Both the position numbers and the translations under genes were made by a program. The notes beneath the pieces were generated by a model. The model saw only the letters and a list, made by a program, of their open reading frames with translations. It had not been told where the DNA came from and ran no database searches. Positions 11,399-24,804 of a DNA stretch of 64,000 bases are shown here, piece by piece (position 1 is the first letter of the stretch; each line of letters begins with the position of its first letter). Origin of the DNA: Cystobasidiomycetes sp. EMM_F5 (Eukaryota); assembly GCA_051047955.1 (NCBI GenBank), contig JBPGPT010000002.1, forward strand, positions 124,001 to 188,000. The letters are read 5' to 3'.

Positions 11399-12220
11399 CT
11401 ACGCCGCCTTGAGTCGCAGATCAGCAGCCTGGACCTGCCTAGCCTGAACTTCAGGCAAGCGACGCTTGTGACGCTTAGCATTTGACAAGGCGGATCCGTT
11501 TGTGACGGGCGCATCATCGCATGGGGTTGCCAAAGAGTCGGGGTTGACTGCTGCCGCGGCTTTCGCATTCATGGTGTTGTTTGTAGTAAATGCTACTTGA
11601 GCTTTTGGCTTTTCGCATGACCCAGTCTCGCCGTGCGTAGAGCATTTAACTGGTAAATTTAAAACATCAATCAGGCGTGGTTTAGGGTTGCCAAACTTAA
11701 GATTCACATACAGCCTTGGGCGCAGGTGATCGTTTGTTGATTGAGCGCAAAGGGATCTTGGGAATTGCAAAGCGCTCCTGCACCACCGCACGTGCCGTTT
11801 CCTGTAACAATTTGCGAAAAAGCAGAATAGTAGACGCGTCAATCGAGTGAGATTGTTTTGAAGAGGAAGAATAGTCGAGCCTACCGCAGTAGTTGAAGCA
11901 TTGATCGTCGGAATTACATTTTGCACCATTTGATGCACATGTGAGGTCCGGTGCGCAAAAGCCATTCACGGTAGTGGTAGCGTTGCCATGCGCGGTAGAG
12001 TCGTCGGATATGTCTGTCAATAGTGACGAGCCGCAAAGAATTAGCTTGAGCGGTGGAGACACGCGTAGACCTGCGCAAATATGGACGATGGCTTACAGGA
12101 GCACGCTGCGCCAACTGTGGTACACGATGTTCCGGATTCTACGTGAAAGGCGCTAATCTGAGCGCACAGCGCTGAGAGAGCGACAAGGATCGAAGCGAGA
12201 TTGGCGTGAGACGCGTGCAT
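11399..12220 (-). CDS. Small secreted cysteine-rich protein (multi-exon)
   Basis: Signal-peptide-like MHASHANLASILVALSALCAQISA, then exons SCTTVGAACS, FCAPDLTCASNGAKCNSDDQCFNYC, TCGGAGALC..ITCAQG and KCSTHGETGSC, separated by GT-AG introns. Confidence 0.6.
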
Positions 12221-13278
12221 GATGGCAATAAGAGGTCGTATGTGGACGAGGAGCTGGTGTATTTGTAATTATAGACGAAGGAGGATTGTATGCAAGCGTA
12301 ACGCGTTGTATAGATTGAATAGAGAGCCAGAAGAGTTTCAAAGAAGGTGGGTGCGATGTGCTGCGCTGTGCAGATAGTGTTCTGCTTGATACGCTCGCAG
12401 CACTGCCGTAATTGTCGTTGTCAAATGCGTGAAGCGAAAGTGGGTTTGTTGGTAAGTGGAAGGGATGGGTCAGTGGTGTATACAGCGTCGGATAGTGCGC
12501 GTCTACTCTCTGTCACAATAAGACAGCATGGTATCCAGAGGAATGTGCGCTCTCTACGCCCAGCATTTAAATTGGGTCAGTGCGCGGTGCCAGAGCTTTC
12601 TGAAATCTTGCCTTGCCCGCCTTGGCTGTAGCGATCCACTGCATGCATAGTTAATAATGTGCTTCATTCCAATTAACGTGAACATTCGCATTCCTCGCCG
12701 ACCTTTCTACGCGACTAATCTTCGACCCACCGAATCAGCTCGACGCGTCGAGTTGTGCCTGGCTTGCATGTTTTGGTGTCAGCATGCCTCAGAAGTAGAC
12801 GCGAGACATTCAGCAAGAGCAGAATGACGTGGATTAGGACTGGAGACACAACTGCGTCAGAGAGCTCTCTAGAAGGACGAGTGGAAGGGGCCTGCTCTGC
12901 TACGGGATTTGCACTCGTAATATCAGTATTGGACCTGGATATCAAAACTTTCAGACACGATGAAGACATGTTTTCGTAGATATTCCTGCCCTGTCTGGCA
13001 ACGTCTGACAATTTCGTTGACTCCTGCACACCATTATCGACATCCCGGGCACCTAGTAAGGCGGGCTGTGCAGACCTCTGCGTTCTTTTTGTATTCTTGT
13101 ATTCTCGATTGCCCTCGAGCTCCTTCGGCATCTGCTAGCGCACGGTGCTCCCAAGTCTGCTCATACCAACGACGACGTCTTTCTTTGCACACGGCTGCAC
13201 GATATTCGACTGCCAATCCAACTGAGCAGCAAGACTTGAACACACTCACTCGCTGCCTACCCTTCATATCTCCAAACC

Positions 13279-15064
13279 ATGGTCAAGTTTGCTCTGGCCG
13301 CAACGGCAGTCCTGGCAGCTCCCGCAGCACTCGTACGCGGCCATGCGCACGAGGGTGTCGGGTTTCACGTATCCCACGATGAGCGGGCAATGAATGAGCC
13401 CTTCTACCAGGAACTCCGAGCGAGATTCGGCAACGCCCCAGCGCGCGTCCTGGACTCGAGAAGCCCTCATGCATTTGGGAAACGGCAGCAGACGGCGTCA
13501 AGTGCTGCAGCGTCGTCATCCAGACCTGCTTCAGGCAGCAGCAGTAGCAGTGGAGTCGGGCTACTGTCGTCCATTGCAAACACGGGCGGCTCAGTCACCA
13601 TGGGAACAATTCCAATTGGGACAACGACCACACCCGGACCCACGTCTCCTCTGCCTACGACGTACGCTGCTGGTGCGACCGCCTCAGTCTCTGGTGCTCC
13701 TACCCTGCCAAATGGTGAGTTTTTATTACTCTGTCCTTCTTTTCCGCCACCATTTGCCAGAACCGTGCACCGCCCGCGTTCATAGACGGCAAACTGATGG
13801 CAGTCGACGTCAGCCACATGTCAGCATCAGCACACTGACAGCATGTTTGTCCTCGCTATGCACATCTAGTCGTTATTGATCCGACTCAATGGCCTGCGCT
13901 CGACAAGACACCGCCCACAAACTCGTCCATTGTACAAGGATGGATATCCCAGATTGACTGGAGCAAAGTACCCAATATCCCAGTCAACCAGCTCGGAGGC
14001 TGCGGTAATGCTTCAAACGCACAAGCAGTGACGAATGCTGCTACCAACGGATGGTGGACATGCGGTGGCAATACACGCTCGTCGGATGTTGTCGCCTGTC
14101 CGACAAAGAATACCTGGGGTCTATCATACGAGTGAGTTATTTGAAATTCTTCGCTGGGACTCTTGTTGACGCTGTGTGTTATTGCGAACAGTGATGGTCC
14201 ATCTCCAGATACTCCGCGCCTCCTGCAATACCTTGTCCAGAATAACCTAAAATCTACCTTCTTTGTCGTCGGATCGCGAGCCATCTCTCGACCGCAGATG
14301 CTGCAATACGAATACATGGCCGGCAACCAGATTAGCGTCCACACTTGGGAGCACCCGTACCTCACCACAAAAACGAACGAGGAAATCGTTGCCTCGCTCG
14401 GCTGGACAAAATACGCCATGAAGCAGATTGTGAGTTGCTTCGCATGACGAATTTATAGGATTTGTCCTGACAGATCCCTGGTGCCCGCGAATAGCTTGGT
14501 GTTACCCCAAACACCATGAGACCGCCATACGGTGATATCGATGACCGTGTTCGTGCTATCTCTTTGCAGATGGGTCTTACACCAATCATCTGGACCCGTG
14601 TCAATGGATCCTCTTTCGACACCTTTGACTGGGAGGTTGCGGGTGGCGTAGTCAACGCCGATACTGTCGTCGCACGCTTCAAGACCATTATCGACAATTC
14701 CGACAAGCTCAACGAGGGCTTCATTGTGCTCGAACATGATCTCTACCAACAGTCTACCTCGCTTGCAATCGACTATGTCTTGCCGTATGCGCTCGCAAAG
14801 ACAAACCCAAAACTTACGCTACAGCCAATCTATCAGTGCCTGGGACAAAAATTGTCGGATGCCTATATCGAGACGGCATCAAACAAGACGGGCGCAGCGG
14901 CTACCTCTACTGTCGATCGTGGCTCGTCGGCTTCGTCTGCCATCAATAACAATGCCGCGGCGGCTACCTCGACAAAGCCGAACAGCGCATCCTCATCGAA
15001 GACGATGGCTACTACTCTATCTGGCCTGATTTTTGTCGGAGTCGCCGTGGCTCACCTATTATAA
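13279..15064 (+). CDS. GPI-anchored chitin deacetylase (CE4, MP98/Cda-type)
   Basis: Signal peptide, Ser/Thr linker, NodB motifs WGLSYDDGP, TFFVVGSR, SVHTWEH, RPPYGD and LEHD, and a hydrophobic C-terminal GPI-signal-like tail. Confidence 0.92.
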
Positions 15065-15438
15065 ACTCGAAGCTAAGGAGTGGTAACTTCGTGGCGATAT
15101 CTGGTCGTATTCGGAACTTCTAGTCAGCCTTCCCGCCTGGTATTCATACTATACTACTCATAATGATCTGTGACGCATTCTCTTCCCCATCAAGTAGTCA
15201 TAGCTCTCAGTCAACGCTCCAGCGATCTACGTTCAAGATCGTGCCATCTTCGCCCTCATCAGCTGGTCTGTTCTCGTGTTGGTTCATATTTCAGCATAGC
15301 TCTCAAAAGCGGCTAGTCATGCCATATGCAATTCTGCGCGTTGTGTTTACAATCTTGTCGCTTCGATCATTAATGGACAATTTCTTATACCTCTGCAGAA
15401 CTGCGTGCTGCTGCTCGATTCCACAAAACTACAGGACT

Positions 15439-17875
15439 TTACGCAGAGTAAAGTTCAAATACTCGCAATTCTCGCGCCGGCATGTCCAAGATTGTAGCTT
15501 TCAGTGCCTTCACTTTCGCGTCGTCTGCAGAGGCGGCATCACCGGACAAAGTGAAACCACTGTCGTACAGCGTAAAAGCCGGGAGCTGGATGGCAGGTAT
15601 CCTAAGTGCGATATTCTGAGGTGATTGCGCATCCGCAGAACGCTTCCTTGGCTCCGGGTTGTGAGGCTGTCTTAGTTCGGAGTTTTCAGTTTCCACCGGT
15701 TGCCCCGACGGATCAGAAGCGGGAACAGGTGTTACTGCTTTATTCACAGGCTGACCTGCAGGAGCAGGAGACCGGCTAGCGATGCGCTCGCTTCCTGCTT
15801 CCTTCGGCTTTGGAGCGGCTTGAAATCCGCCGAACTGAAAAGTGCCTTCAGAAGTAGCTGCTTTAGGTCTCGCCGCAAAGGAGAAAGGCGTAGATTTGGA
15901 AGATTGTTTAGGCGATACGAACTCGGTTTGAACAGATGGCTCTACCGATGACTCCCTCGAGTTCTCTTCTGAGACTTTCGTAGCCTTGTTCTCCGTTCTG
16001 GGAGCCTGTTCATCCCTCGAAGGCGGGCGCGGAGACGGCCCCCGTCCTTTAGCCGGTTTAGATGACTCGACAGGCGTTTCCGATGCCTCCGACCTACGTT
16101 TTACATCTGCAGCGGTCTGTGCACGTGTCTTTCTGGCACTGGCCGGAAGCGGAGGCGGTTTGGGCCTTCCTGGGCGACCATTGCTGGCATCGCTTCGAAG
16201 TTCGGGAGGTACAGTGCGGTCGAGCACTTCAGCTGCCGATAACTTTGTGGGCTGCTTGACCAAATTCTCACGGGGCACCTGAAGAGCCTCGATACTGGTC
16301 AGCGGAGCAATCCAAAGCGTACCAGGAGAATATACCTTTTTCCTCGACGGCTGCTCGTCAGACTTTAACGGAGTCGATATAGGTACCCTGTCCACCCCGT
16401 TGTGCTGTGACGACTTGCTTGGAGGAGATGACCCGGACTCCTGCGATTGTCGCGTATCTCCGACAATCTCCATCATCAAGCCAGCTGTGCGGCTTATGGT
16501 ACGAGGCGTTGAGGTTCCGTTCGGCCTCGTTGCCGGCACCGACGGTGGTGTCGCAAAGGGCGTAGATGCAACTGTAAAAGGCTGGATTAGTGTCGTTACG
16601 CCTGTCTGACTACTGGACACTGACCGGCACCATTTCTCCGAAGCGGCGACGGCTTGATCGGGGTAGCCAACGTTGCAGCAGCGGCAGCTCGCAAATTAGG
16701 AGACGAAGCGAAGAGACCAGCTTGTAGAGGCCGTGCAAGGTTCGGTTGCGGTGAGGCGGTATAGAAGGGCGGCGGAGCGGAGCTGTCCGGCTCTACTGAC
16801 GTACTAGGCCGCTCCGACTTACTGGAAGAAGGAAGTACCGTGAATGGTGTGGAAGTTTCGGCGTCCTCGCCCACGCGACGCCGCTTTCCCGGCGTACCTA
16901 TCATCATTGGTGTGGACTCGGACGAGGCGAACGATTCGATATTGCTAAAGAGGCTAGCGGCTGCTCGTTTCCTTCGAGCAGCAGCAGCAGTAGATGAATA
17001 CCCGGCGCCGAGATAGATCGGTCGAGCAGCCGCCCTCCGACTCGCTGCAGATCGGGGATTGGAAGCAGCTGGCACCCGTGTCGATCCGTTGGATGCAGCG
17101 GCACTCAACGAAGCGAGACCGGACATGGACTGGGAGCCAGTCAAGCCACCTCTTAAAGCAGGAAAACGCCCATTATTGCTAGGGAATGCGTTCCCGCCGT
17201 TTGTAGAGCTGTGCGATCTTGATATACTGTAATTAGGGGGAGCCAAAAGCTTAACACAGAACGCAAGTCATCAGATTTAAGAACAGATATGTGGAAGTCA
17301 CTCACAGCCGCTGTGGTCGTAGGTCGTGCAGGTGAAGGTATCGCAAATGTAAATTTGGGCGATGCTGGTCCAGCTGATGATGTTTCGGAGTAGCCGCTCG
17401 TGGGCGGTCCTTGCTGTAGCAGTGTTGCAACATGTCGACGTTCGTCAGCAGTAAGTGTCTGCGATCCTTTGCCGGCAAAGAAGTTTGCCAACGCAGAATT
17501 GACGTCTGCTGGCGATTTCGGTTCATCCATCTCTGCATTGCTGCGCTTCTTGGGCGACTGGGCTGGTGTTGTATCCGGCGTAATGTCGTCAAAGTCTCTG
17601 TGAGCAGAGCGCAAGTCTCCAAAAGTATGCGAACTTGTTAGCCGTCCTGGACCCTGCGACCTATATGTAGGCGATGGCGAGCGGCCTTTGCCTTTCTGTT
17701 GGGCTGTCCATCTCGCAGGAGCAGGCTCTACGTTACTCTTTTCGTCCTCTTCGTCGTCGTCGGATATCGCATGCACTTCTGTGTGACCATTCTCTTCAGC
17801 TTGCCCAATACGACCATCCGAGTCCGCCTTTGGGTTCGCATCTTTCGAAGAGCCCCAGATTAGGCTGGACAGCAT
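15439..17875 (-). CDS. Long disordered Ser/Pro-rich protein, possibly a nuclear-basket nucleoporin (Nup60/Nup1-like)
   Basis: Three frames joined by short introns; low-complexity sequence with FxF motifs (FTF, FSF, FQF), NLS-like PKKR and KRRR, and many SP/TP sites. Family call is tentative. Confidence 0.4.
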
Positions 17876-18227
17876 CGAGCGCAGTCCGTATCGCTACGGA
17901 CCCATCAGATCAGCGAAGATATTTCCATCGAATGGTCTAGCCTTACTTTGGGTGGATCCGGCTGGCCTTGTCCGACATTATTCACGCTGTTTGACCGCGA
18001 CGCATACGGCGATCCAGAGCGAGCATTGCGTGAGGCCTCCTTCGAAGATCTCGTCGCAGGCATTGCAGGCTTGTTTCAGGATCACGCCGGAAGCAAGGGT
18101 CTGCACTCTGCACTCTGAAACAGACAAAGAATTAATACGATGATCTTATGCTATGAGTACAGAACCTATGTAATAGATATGATACATGATCTCAATCTAA
18201 ATGCACCGGAAGCGAGACTGGTTATGC

Positions 18228-19244
18228 TCAGGGGATGCGAAGTCCGCTCTGGCTCCCGAAAAGACTTGTTGCGTGAGCAAAGACCAGTCCCGCAAAAGCG
18301 CCAATACCCCATGCTGCCAATATGAACTTTGCCAGAGTAATTTTACTGAGGGTGATATGCGTGACATCAGAATTGGCGGATGTCGTCGAACTTGACGACT
18401 TCTGTATGTTGAAGGGTGTCTCGAGGGACTGAGATGGATCTGTGCAGAACTTGAGCCCCGGCATATGGTCTATTGAGAAGCTATTCTTCATATTCCAGTA
18501 CTTCATGAGCTCTGGTGACAGCTCGTCTCCCGCACAGCTCGGGTCTTCTTTGGGTTGGTAGTACTCGTCGAGCGTCAACCGCTCGCCGGTGTAGTCAAAG
18601 AACGGCACGCTAAAACCACAGCTGGTGCCAACTTTGTGAATGTCCACCCAGATGATGGCTCGTGTCCCTGGTAATATACGCTCATCGTTATCCGGGAGGA
18701 GAGCCCTGAATTCGGGTGTTCCGCGCTCAAATACTTTGCCTGTTTGATATTGATCTTAGCAAGGAAGCTAGTTGCATCTACACACTGCAAGTGACTCACC
18801 TCTGCCGAAAAAACGGACTATCCTTGCCGGGCCTTCAAAAGCCACAAACATGACCGTGATACGGCCGTTGCCCTCTTCATATAGATGAGATAGTGTCTCA
18901 TTTCCTGCTTCAAAAAATCAGTCTTGTGCTGGCTCTATCTGAAAGCCGGCCGCACCAGACCCGGTCATGTCGGTATACCAACAAGCATTATTGCCGACTA
19001 AGTTAAAGGATGGACGTCCTGTGGAATAGGTCAGCCTGACTACAGCAGAACTTTCGATCGTCAGCGAATGTACCCTTTGGGGATGTGTTGACATGACCAT
19101 CGCCGGAAAGCGGCGCCGTGGCCACCCAGAACATTTCTAAGGGACTCGTCGTCAGATCTCATTGCTTGCATTAGAATTTGCCTTACTCTGGTCAAGGATC
19201 CATTCCCGAAGATCATCTGGTATTTCGTCAAAGAATTTGCCCAT
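18228..19244 (-). CDS. Pyridoxamine 5'-phosphate oxidase-like FMN-binding split-barrel protein
   Basis: MGKFFDEIPDDLREWI...FWVATAPLSGDGHVNTSPKG...WYTDMTGSG..ETLSHL..NGRITVMFVAFEGP..IVRFFG...VGTSCGFSVPFFDY; hydrophobic C-terminal tail. Confidence 0.85.
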
Positions 19245-19693
19245 GGTATATCGGAATGCCTTGTACTCTAGGTGCCCGGCACCGAAGAAATGGTTATCAA
19301 GGGGTGCGAAGTCGCTGCAGCCTTTCTAGATCCAGGAAGCAGGGCAGCGTGGAACAGTATGAAGAAGGTCCAATGACAATGTACGAGCAGGATTGGTGCA
19401 AAGGCAATGTGTCGCTGCGACTCGTCAACGCCACCTCGCGTGGAACGGCGGCGGAGCTCGACAATGCCGAGGCAGGTAGGCGGGGCAAGCAGCCGAAATA
19501 GAATGCCCCAACAGACGAATACGAAGGTCACGTAGCAGGCTATCATACAACAAATACTCCGAGCCGAGTAATTGCATGTGTTCGCAAAACTGACCCTGTA
19601 AGCTGTCACTCATTTGCTTCTAAGTGGTCAAGACAAAGTCACCACTGCGGACGACGACCCGACTGACTCCAGTGAGCCGTATGCTTTACTCGT

Positions 19694-22600
19694 CTACAGC
19701 TCAGCACGCTGTCGCAGTGCAGCCGTAGCACTGCTCGCTGCAGAAGAAAGGCTGGAGGCGATGGATTGAGCATGCTCGATGACACCCTCAGGACTAGGGG
19801 TCGCGCCAGCTGCGCTCAGAACTGATCTTGTGGCTTGATGTATACCGCTCGAGGCTGCTTCGGCGACAGAAGCTACGCTACTGCTAATCTCACTTGCCAG
19901 AGACCGGGCCGATACAGACACGCCTGAAAGAGAGGGAGGGGTGGGTATCGCATCGGCTGCGACGCTAGCTAGACTTGACGCTACAGACGATGCCTGCGAG
20001 TAGGCGCTTTGAGCATGCTCGCTAACGCCTTCGGGTGTCACAGATATGCCTATCGCGCTAGCGGCACTGCGTGTTGCGGTATGTAACCTTGATTTCATCG
20101 CGTCCCCAACAGGCGGCAGCGTAGGCGCTTGCGAGACGGCGGCTTCGACGAGCAGTGACACTCTATCTGCTGCAGATGACACGCTGGAAGCAAGTGCGTC
20201 CGCATACGCGGCCGCGGATGCGCTGGCAACAGAATATGCAGAAGCTGCCGACCCTGAAAGATCGGTTGGCTGAGTCTTGTACCCGGCAAGCGATGCAGCC
20301 GTCTTGGATGCCTCTGATGCATAGGATGCCAGTAACTCAGATGCCTCATGCTGTACGAGCGCAACATAGTCTGTAGCCTTGGCATAGACATTGTTGGCGG
20401 TTTGGTACGCATCAGTTGGACTGGGCGTTGCGCCAAAGGCTCGATAGAGATCCTGCGATGCATCGCCGAATACCTTTTGCAATTTCACTTGAGCGTTCTC
20501 CAGCGCGCCAGACACTTGTGTAGGAAGGATGGCTGCAGAGATAGACGAAATGACCTGCTCGGCGCCGGAGCTTGCGACTGCAGCAAGGCTGCTTGCGGAT
20601 GCTATCGCTTCAACGCCCAGTGACGAAGCCGCAGGGATTCCGCTAGCATACACAGACGAGACACTTGCGGATGCCACTGATGCTACGCTTGAAGCTGATG
20701 CAGCGGCTGCTGCGCTCAGGGACGATAGAGAAGGCACTGCCTCGGCATAAGCAGAGGATGCGCTAGCGGATGCGACTGATGCAAGGCTGCTGGCGGACGC
20801 AAGCGCCTCTGATCCTACGGATGTAACGGAAGGCGATAGAGAGGAAAGAAGAGAAGATGCTCTGGCAGACGCAACCGCTGCAGCTGCAGCTGCAGACATG
20901 GCTGCATCAGACGCAAGCGCCGAGGCTGTCGACAAGATTGAGGCTGCAGGCGGGGCACTAGCATAAAGCGAGGAAGCGCTGCTCGCAGCAGAATCGGCTA
21001 AGCTTGCTGCAGAATCGTAGGCATCGGTACCAAGTGAGATTGCTGACGCAGACGCCTGGGAGTACAGACTACTGGCCGTGCCAGCAGCATCCGTGGGAGT
21101 AACGGTGGTGCCGCTGATCACCGAACTGATAGCGCTAGTCACAGCTCCGTAGCCCCGGGTCACGGCGTCCTGAACTCCCAAGAATTGTCCTCTAATCAAC
21201 TTCTCTCCTAGAACACGAGAAGACTGTAGGCTGGATTCGGAACTCTGACTGAGCGATGCAACTTCTTGCTTGATTGCCTCCAGCGGCGCTGAGACGCTCG
21301 ATGTGGAAGCCAGTCCAGGATGCTCCAGCGAGCCGTCGCGTAAGGCCGAGAAGCGATGATGGATGCTACCTTGCAACGCTCCAAGTGTGTTGTAACCTGC
21401 GTATTACGACGCGTCAGTCAGCGCTTCGAGCCAGATTTGAGGCACAACATACGTTTCCAATCTTCTGGCGAGATATCAGCCAATTTCGCATACTTTGCAC
21501 CGAGATCTTCTTGCGCCTCGCTGACGAGAGTCTCAATAGTCTTGAATGCCCTTTCAACGCTGGTGATCTCCCGAGCGGTATGCACTCGTAAGTATGCATC
21601 GACTTCATCTTCAATCTCTTCAGCCTGGTCGCCCAGCTTAATGCCTGCTTTACGCGCAATTAGGTCGCCATCTTCCAACTTATTCTCGACCGAGGTTCGC
21701 TCATCTCTGGCTGCCTTGTCCCAGTCTAGGTGGCGATCGCTCGCACGTTAGCAGATCGCGCTCTAGTTGCTGTATCTGCAAGACTTACACTTATCGAGTC
21801 GTCCTACCCATTTTGCACATTCAGCACTAAAGGACTTGACGCTGGGAGCGAAGCGAACGGGAATATCGCGGACTGCAGCCATCCGGAGAGTGCTTAGTCG
21901 GTCTGCAAGAAGTGCCAGTTCCGTATCTCCAAGTTTATTGATCTGCGCTTCGTATAAATCGTGCAGCGCAATGACCGCCTTGCGCGCTTCAGCATTGGTG
22001 ACTACCTGTGCTGCCTCAGCACGTATAGCTTGCGCAATAGGATCATCCTTCTCCTCGAGATTAGCCGATGCATCAGGTCCTCCGCTCACATCCGGAATTG
22101 GTTCGACAGTGCCGACAGGAGTGGCCAGCAGTGGATCCGCAGTAGTCGCAGCCAGCGTTGCAAGCAATGTCGTCCGGAGATCTATCGTGCGCAAGTCGAG
22201 CGTGCAAAGTTCAGATGCATCACACACCCAAGATAGCAAAGAAATCACAGACCTGCAATTTCCTCAACTAGCTCATCCTTTCCCAGTTCCTTGTCCATTT
22301 GAATGACTTTTTCATCGGCCACCTTCTTTGCCTTGTATGCCCAAGCTCTGTCCTGAATCTTGGAGAGTTGAGGATAGACATACTTTGATTGGAAGCGACC
22401 TAGCCATGGCAAGACCGTCTCGCCGCCAATGCGTCCTATCGTGCGACCTGACGTAACGATTTTTGGAAAGACTTGATCGACGTACACTTTCCTGGTGGTT
22501 GCGTAGGATGTCGAGGCTAGCGGCAGGACAGTGTATTTCAAGTGATGCTGTGCAGCAGGGTATGCTCTCGACAAGACGGGTTGAAAAGTCTTTTTGGCTC

Positions 22601-23560
22601 GGGCAGATATTGGCCGATAGGTCGTCTTGACCGAGAACAACACTTCGTCAACATATGGTTTTGCATTCAGATCGTAAAGCTCCTTGGCAAGATTGGAATA
22701 GCGCGTTATGTGTGGAGTGACAACACGGTTGTATTCGGATTCTGCGCGGCTCCAGTGTGGGCGTACAAAGCGATGAGAGTGAGTGACAGCATCCAGTAGC
22801 CGTGGCTTGACTTGAGTTGTGTACGAGGATTGTGCTCGTCTGATTTGCGGACGTACGGCCTTATCTGCACTGGCATAGTATGGTGCGGCTGCATTGATAT
22901 AAGGCGATATTTGCGGCTCGAGCACCGCACGGGCTTGTGCGATATGAGGACGAGTGTATGGCTCCAAGTAGGAGACTGCTTTCTGGCGATACTGATCGAT
23001 ATTGCGATACGACTGGCATACTGCTGGAGCTCGGGAAGGGTCGTTCGGGCATATGAAGAAATATGCTACCAGCGCATACAGTGCAGTGATTTGTACTGCG
23101 AGCCGTGTAAGACTGAACCCTTTAGACTGCGTTTTCATAGACATGGACGGATTAGCTTTTCATGTAGCTACCGCACGAACGTAATCAAACTGACGGTAGG
23201 ATTGGCAGAGCGCGTCTTGGGCTTGGTCACCTTCGTGCTGAGCTTTATCGGGGTAGGGTTAGTTACTTTGCGCTTCCCTCCTGTAGGTCCCGTTGCAATC
23301 GCAGAAGATGAACGCATTGTTGCCCGGTCCAGACTGCTTGCGCCTTTCGATAATGCATCATCCTCTGGCGTCGATGGTCGGACGTATGTCTGCATTGATG
23401 GCTTTGCGGTGCTCGCAGTTGACGCTTTACTATTTTCACTTGCGGGCGAGACTTTGGTGCCAGAACTGCTGGCTGAATCTGGCTTCTTTGCTGCAGACGG
23501 CGAAGTCATTGGCACCGACGGGAAGACTGGCACGCTCTGCCCAGCTCGTCTCGGTGGCAT
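19694..23560 (-). CDS. Membrane-anchored helical protein with a very long Ser/Ala-rich C-terminus (She10-like)
   Basis: MPPRR start, TM segment LAVQITALYALVAYFFICP..C, repetitive PY/PH helices, a coiled region, and more than 500 aa of S/A-rich sequence. The She10 call rests on architecture only. Confidence 0.5.
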
Positions 23561-23877
23561 GCAAGCCTGGTTGACAGCGCGAAACTTTAAAGAACTTCGA
23601 TATTGTCGTTTGCTCAAAGGTCACAGTGACGTTTCGATATTGCAGCACTTTTGGCTTTGACGTCGGTGTTTGACGGAGTCAATTTATTGCAAAAAAACGG
23701 CAGTGGAGGCATAACACCTCTACGAACATATGTACAGCTTTCCAGTGTGCTGTCCACTATAAGCCTCAGACAGACTGCTGACGTAGTCCATCCGATACAA
23801 CCTGAGTATCGGTCCCGATCATTCCCTATCTCTCGCCAACCTGTTGCCGACCTTTGTCTTCCCAGCTGCTGTTCATA

Positions 23878-24527
23878 ATGTCACACCAAGGGCATCGCAG
23901 CGCCCGCAGAGCTGGCATAGATGAATCGGCTGGCCACGAGCTGAAACTTGGCGGTGAGGCTGCCGGCTGGCTAGCTTGAGAAAGGGCCATGAGACGCTGA
24001 GCATGGCTCTACGTTCCGCTACCGACCATGCATACAACTGCACTCCTCTTTCGGCAACGCATCAGACTTTGAGACGGCCGGTTGTCTGCAAATCAGCGAA
24101 GTCCGGATTCTGCTCGAACAACGAGAAAAGCCGGCCGACAATACGTAAGCGGCCACCAGCGCGTGGGCTGAAGCTGGACACCATTCTCACGTTGATACTG
24201 CTGCTGGTACACAGGGTATACAAGAAGACATTCGACTACGTCAGCAATTTCGCCCAATTTCGCAATTCTGATGAATGCACGGCTGTGCGAAAGTGAGCAT
24301 CATGTACCGACTTCTTCTCTGACACATTTCATTGACGTCCGTCATCTGTCAGGGCGCTCGGCAAGGATGCTTCGTTGAAGCAGTTTGAGTTGGCACAGCT
24401 GGCAAACCTGTGTCCAAACGATGCAGAAGAAGCGAAAGCTCTGATACCAAGCCTGCAGTCGCGAGACGATGATGCTCTGCAGCTCATTTTGAACGAACTC
24501 GTAGCTCTCCGGGCGTTCAGTCGGTAG
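23878..24527 (+). CDS. RPB4: RNA polymerase II subunit Rpb4
   Basis: ELKLG|DFETAGCLQISEVRILL...VYKKTFDYVSNFAQF...QFELAQLANLCPNDAEEAKALIPSL...LQLILNEL (HRDC-like). Confidence 0.92.
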
Positions 24528-24804
24528 AAGAAATGGCTTCGCTTGATTGCAGGAGCATCAGGCCGTGTGCAAGGGAAGTACTGCAGCGTGTTGTTGTAGA
24601 GCGTACCATGTAGTTGTACGATTCAGTAAGGTCTGAAGATGCTTTTGACGGTTTTTGCGCGTAATTTGACACTTGGCATGCTCTTTATTGACCACACCGC
24701 CACGCCCTGCGGCGTTGTCCAGCCAGCGACACGACCTTGGCGATACAAGTCTTCTCCCAACAATCTCACATTCGTTTATTCGTCTTTCTGCTTGCGACAC
24801 CAAC

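Noticed and set aside
19694..21376. Ser/Ala-rich repeats as a mobile element or separate adhesin
   Set aside because: Degenerate protein-level low complexity, most simply the last exon of the upstream gene; no terminal repeats.
22812..23660. 282-aa plus-strand ORF
   Set aside because: Antisense shadow of the She10-like gene; no recognisable motifs.
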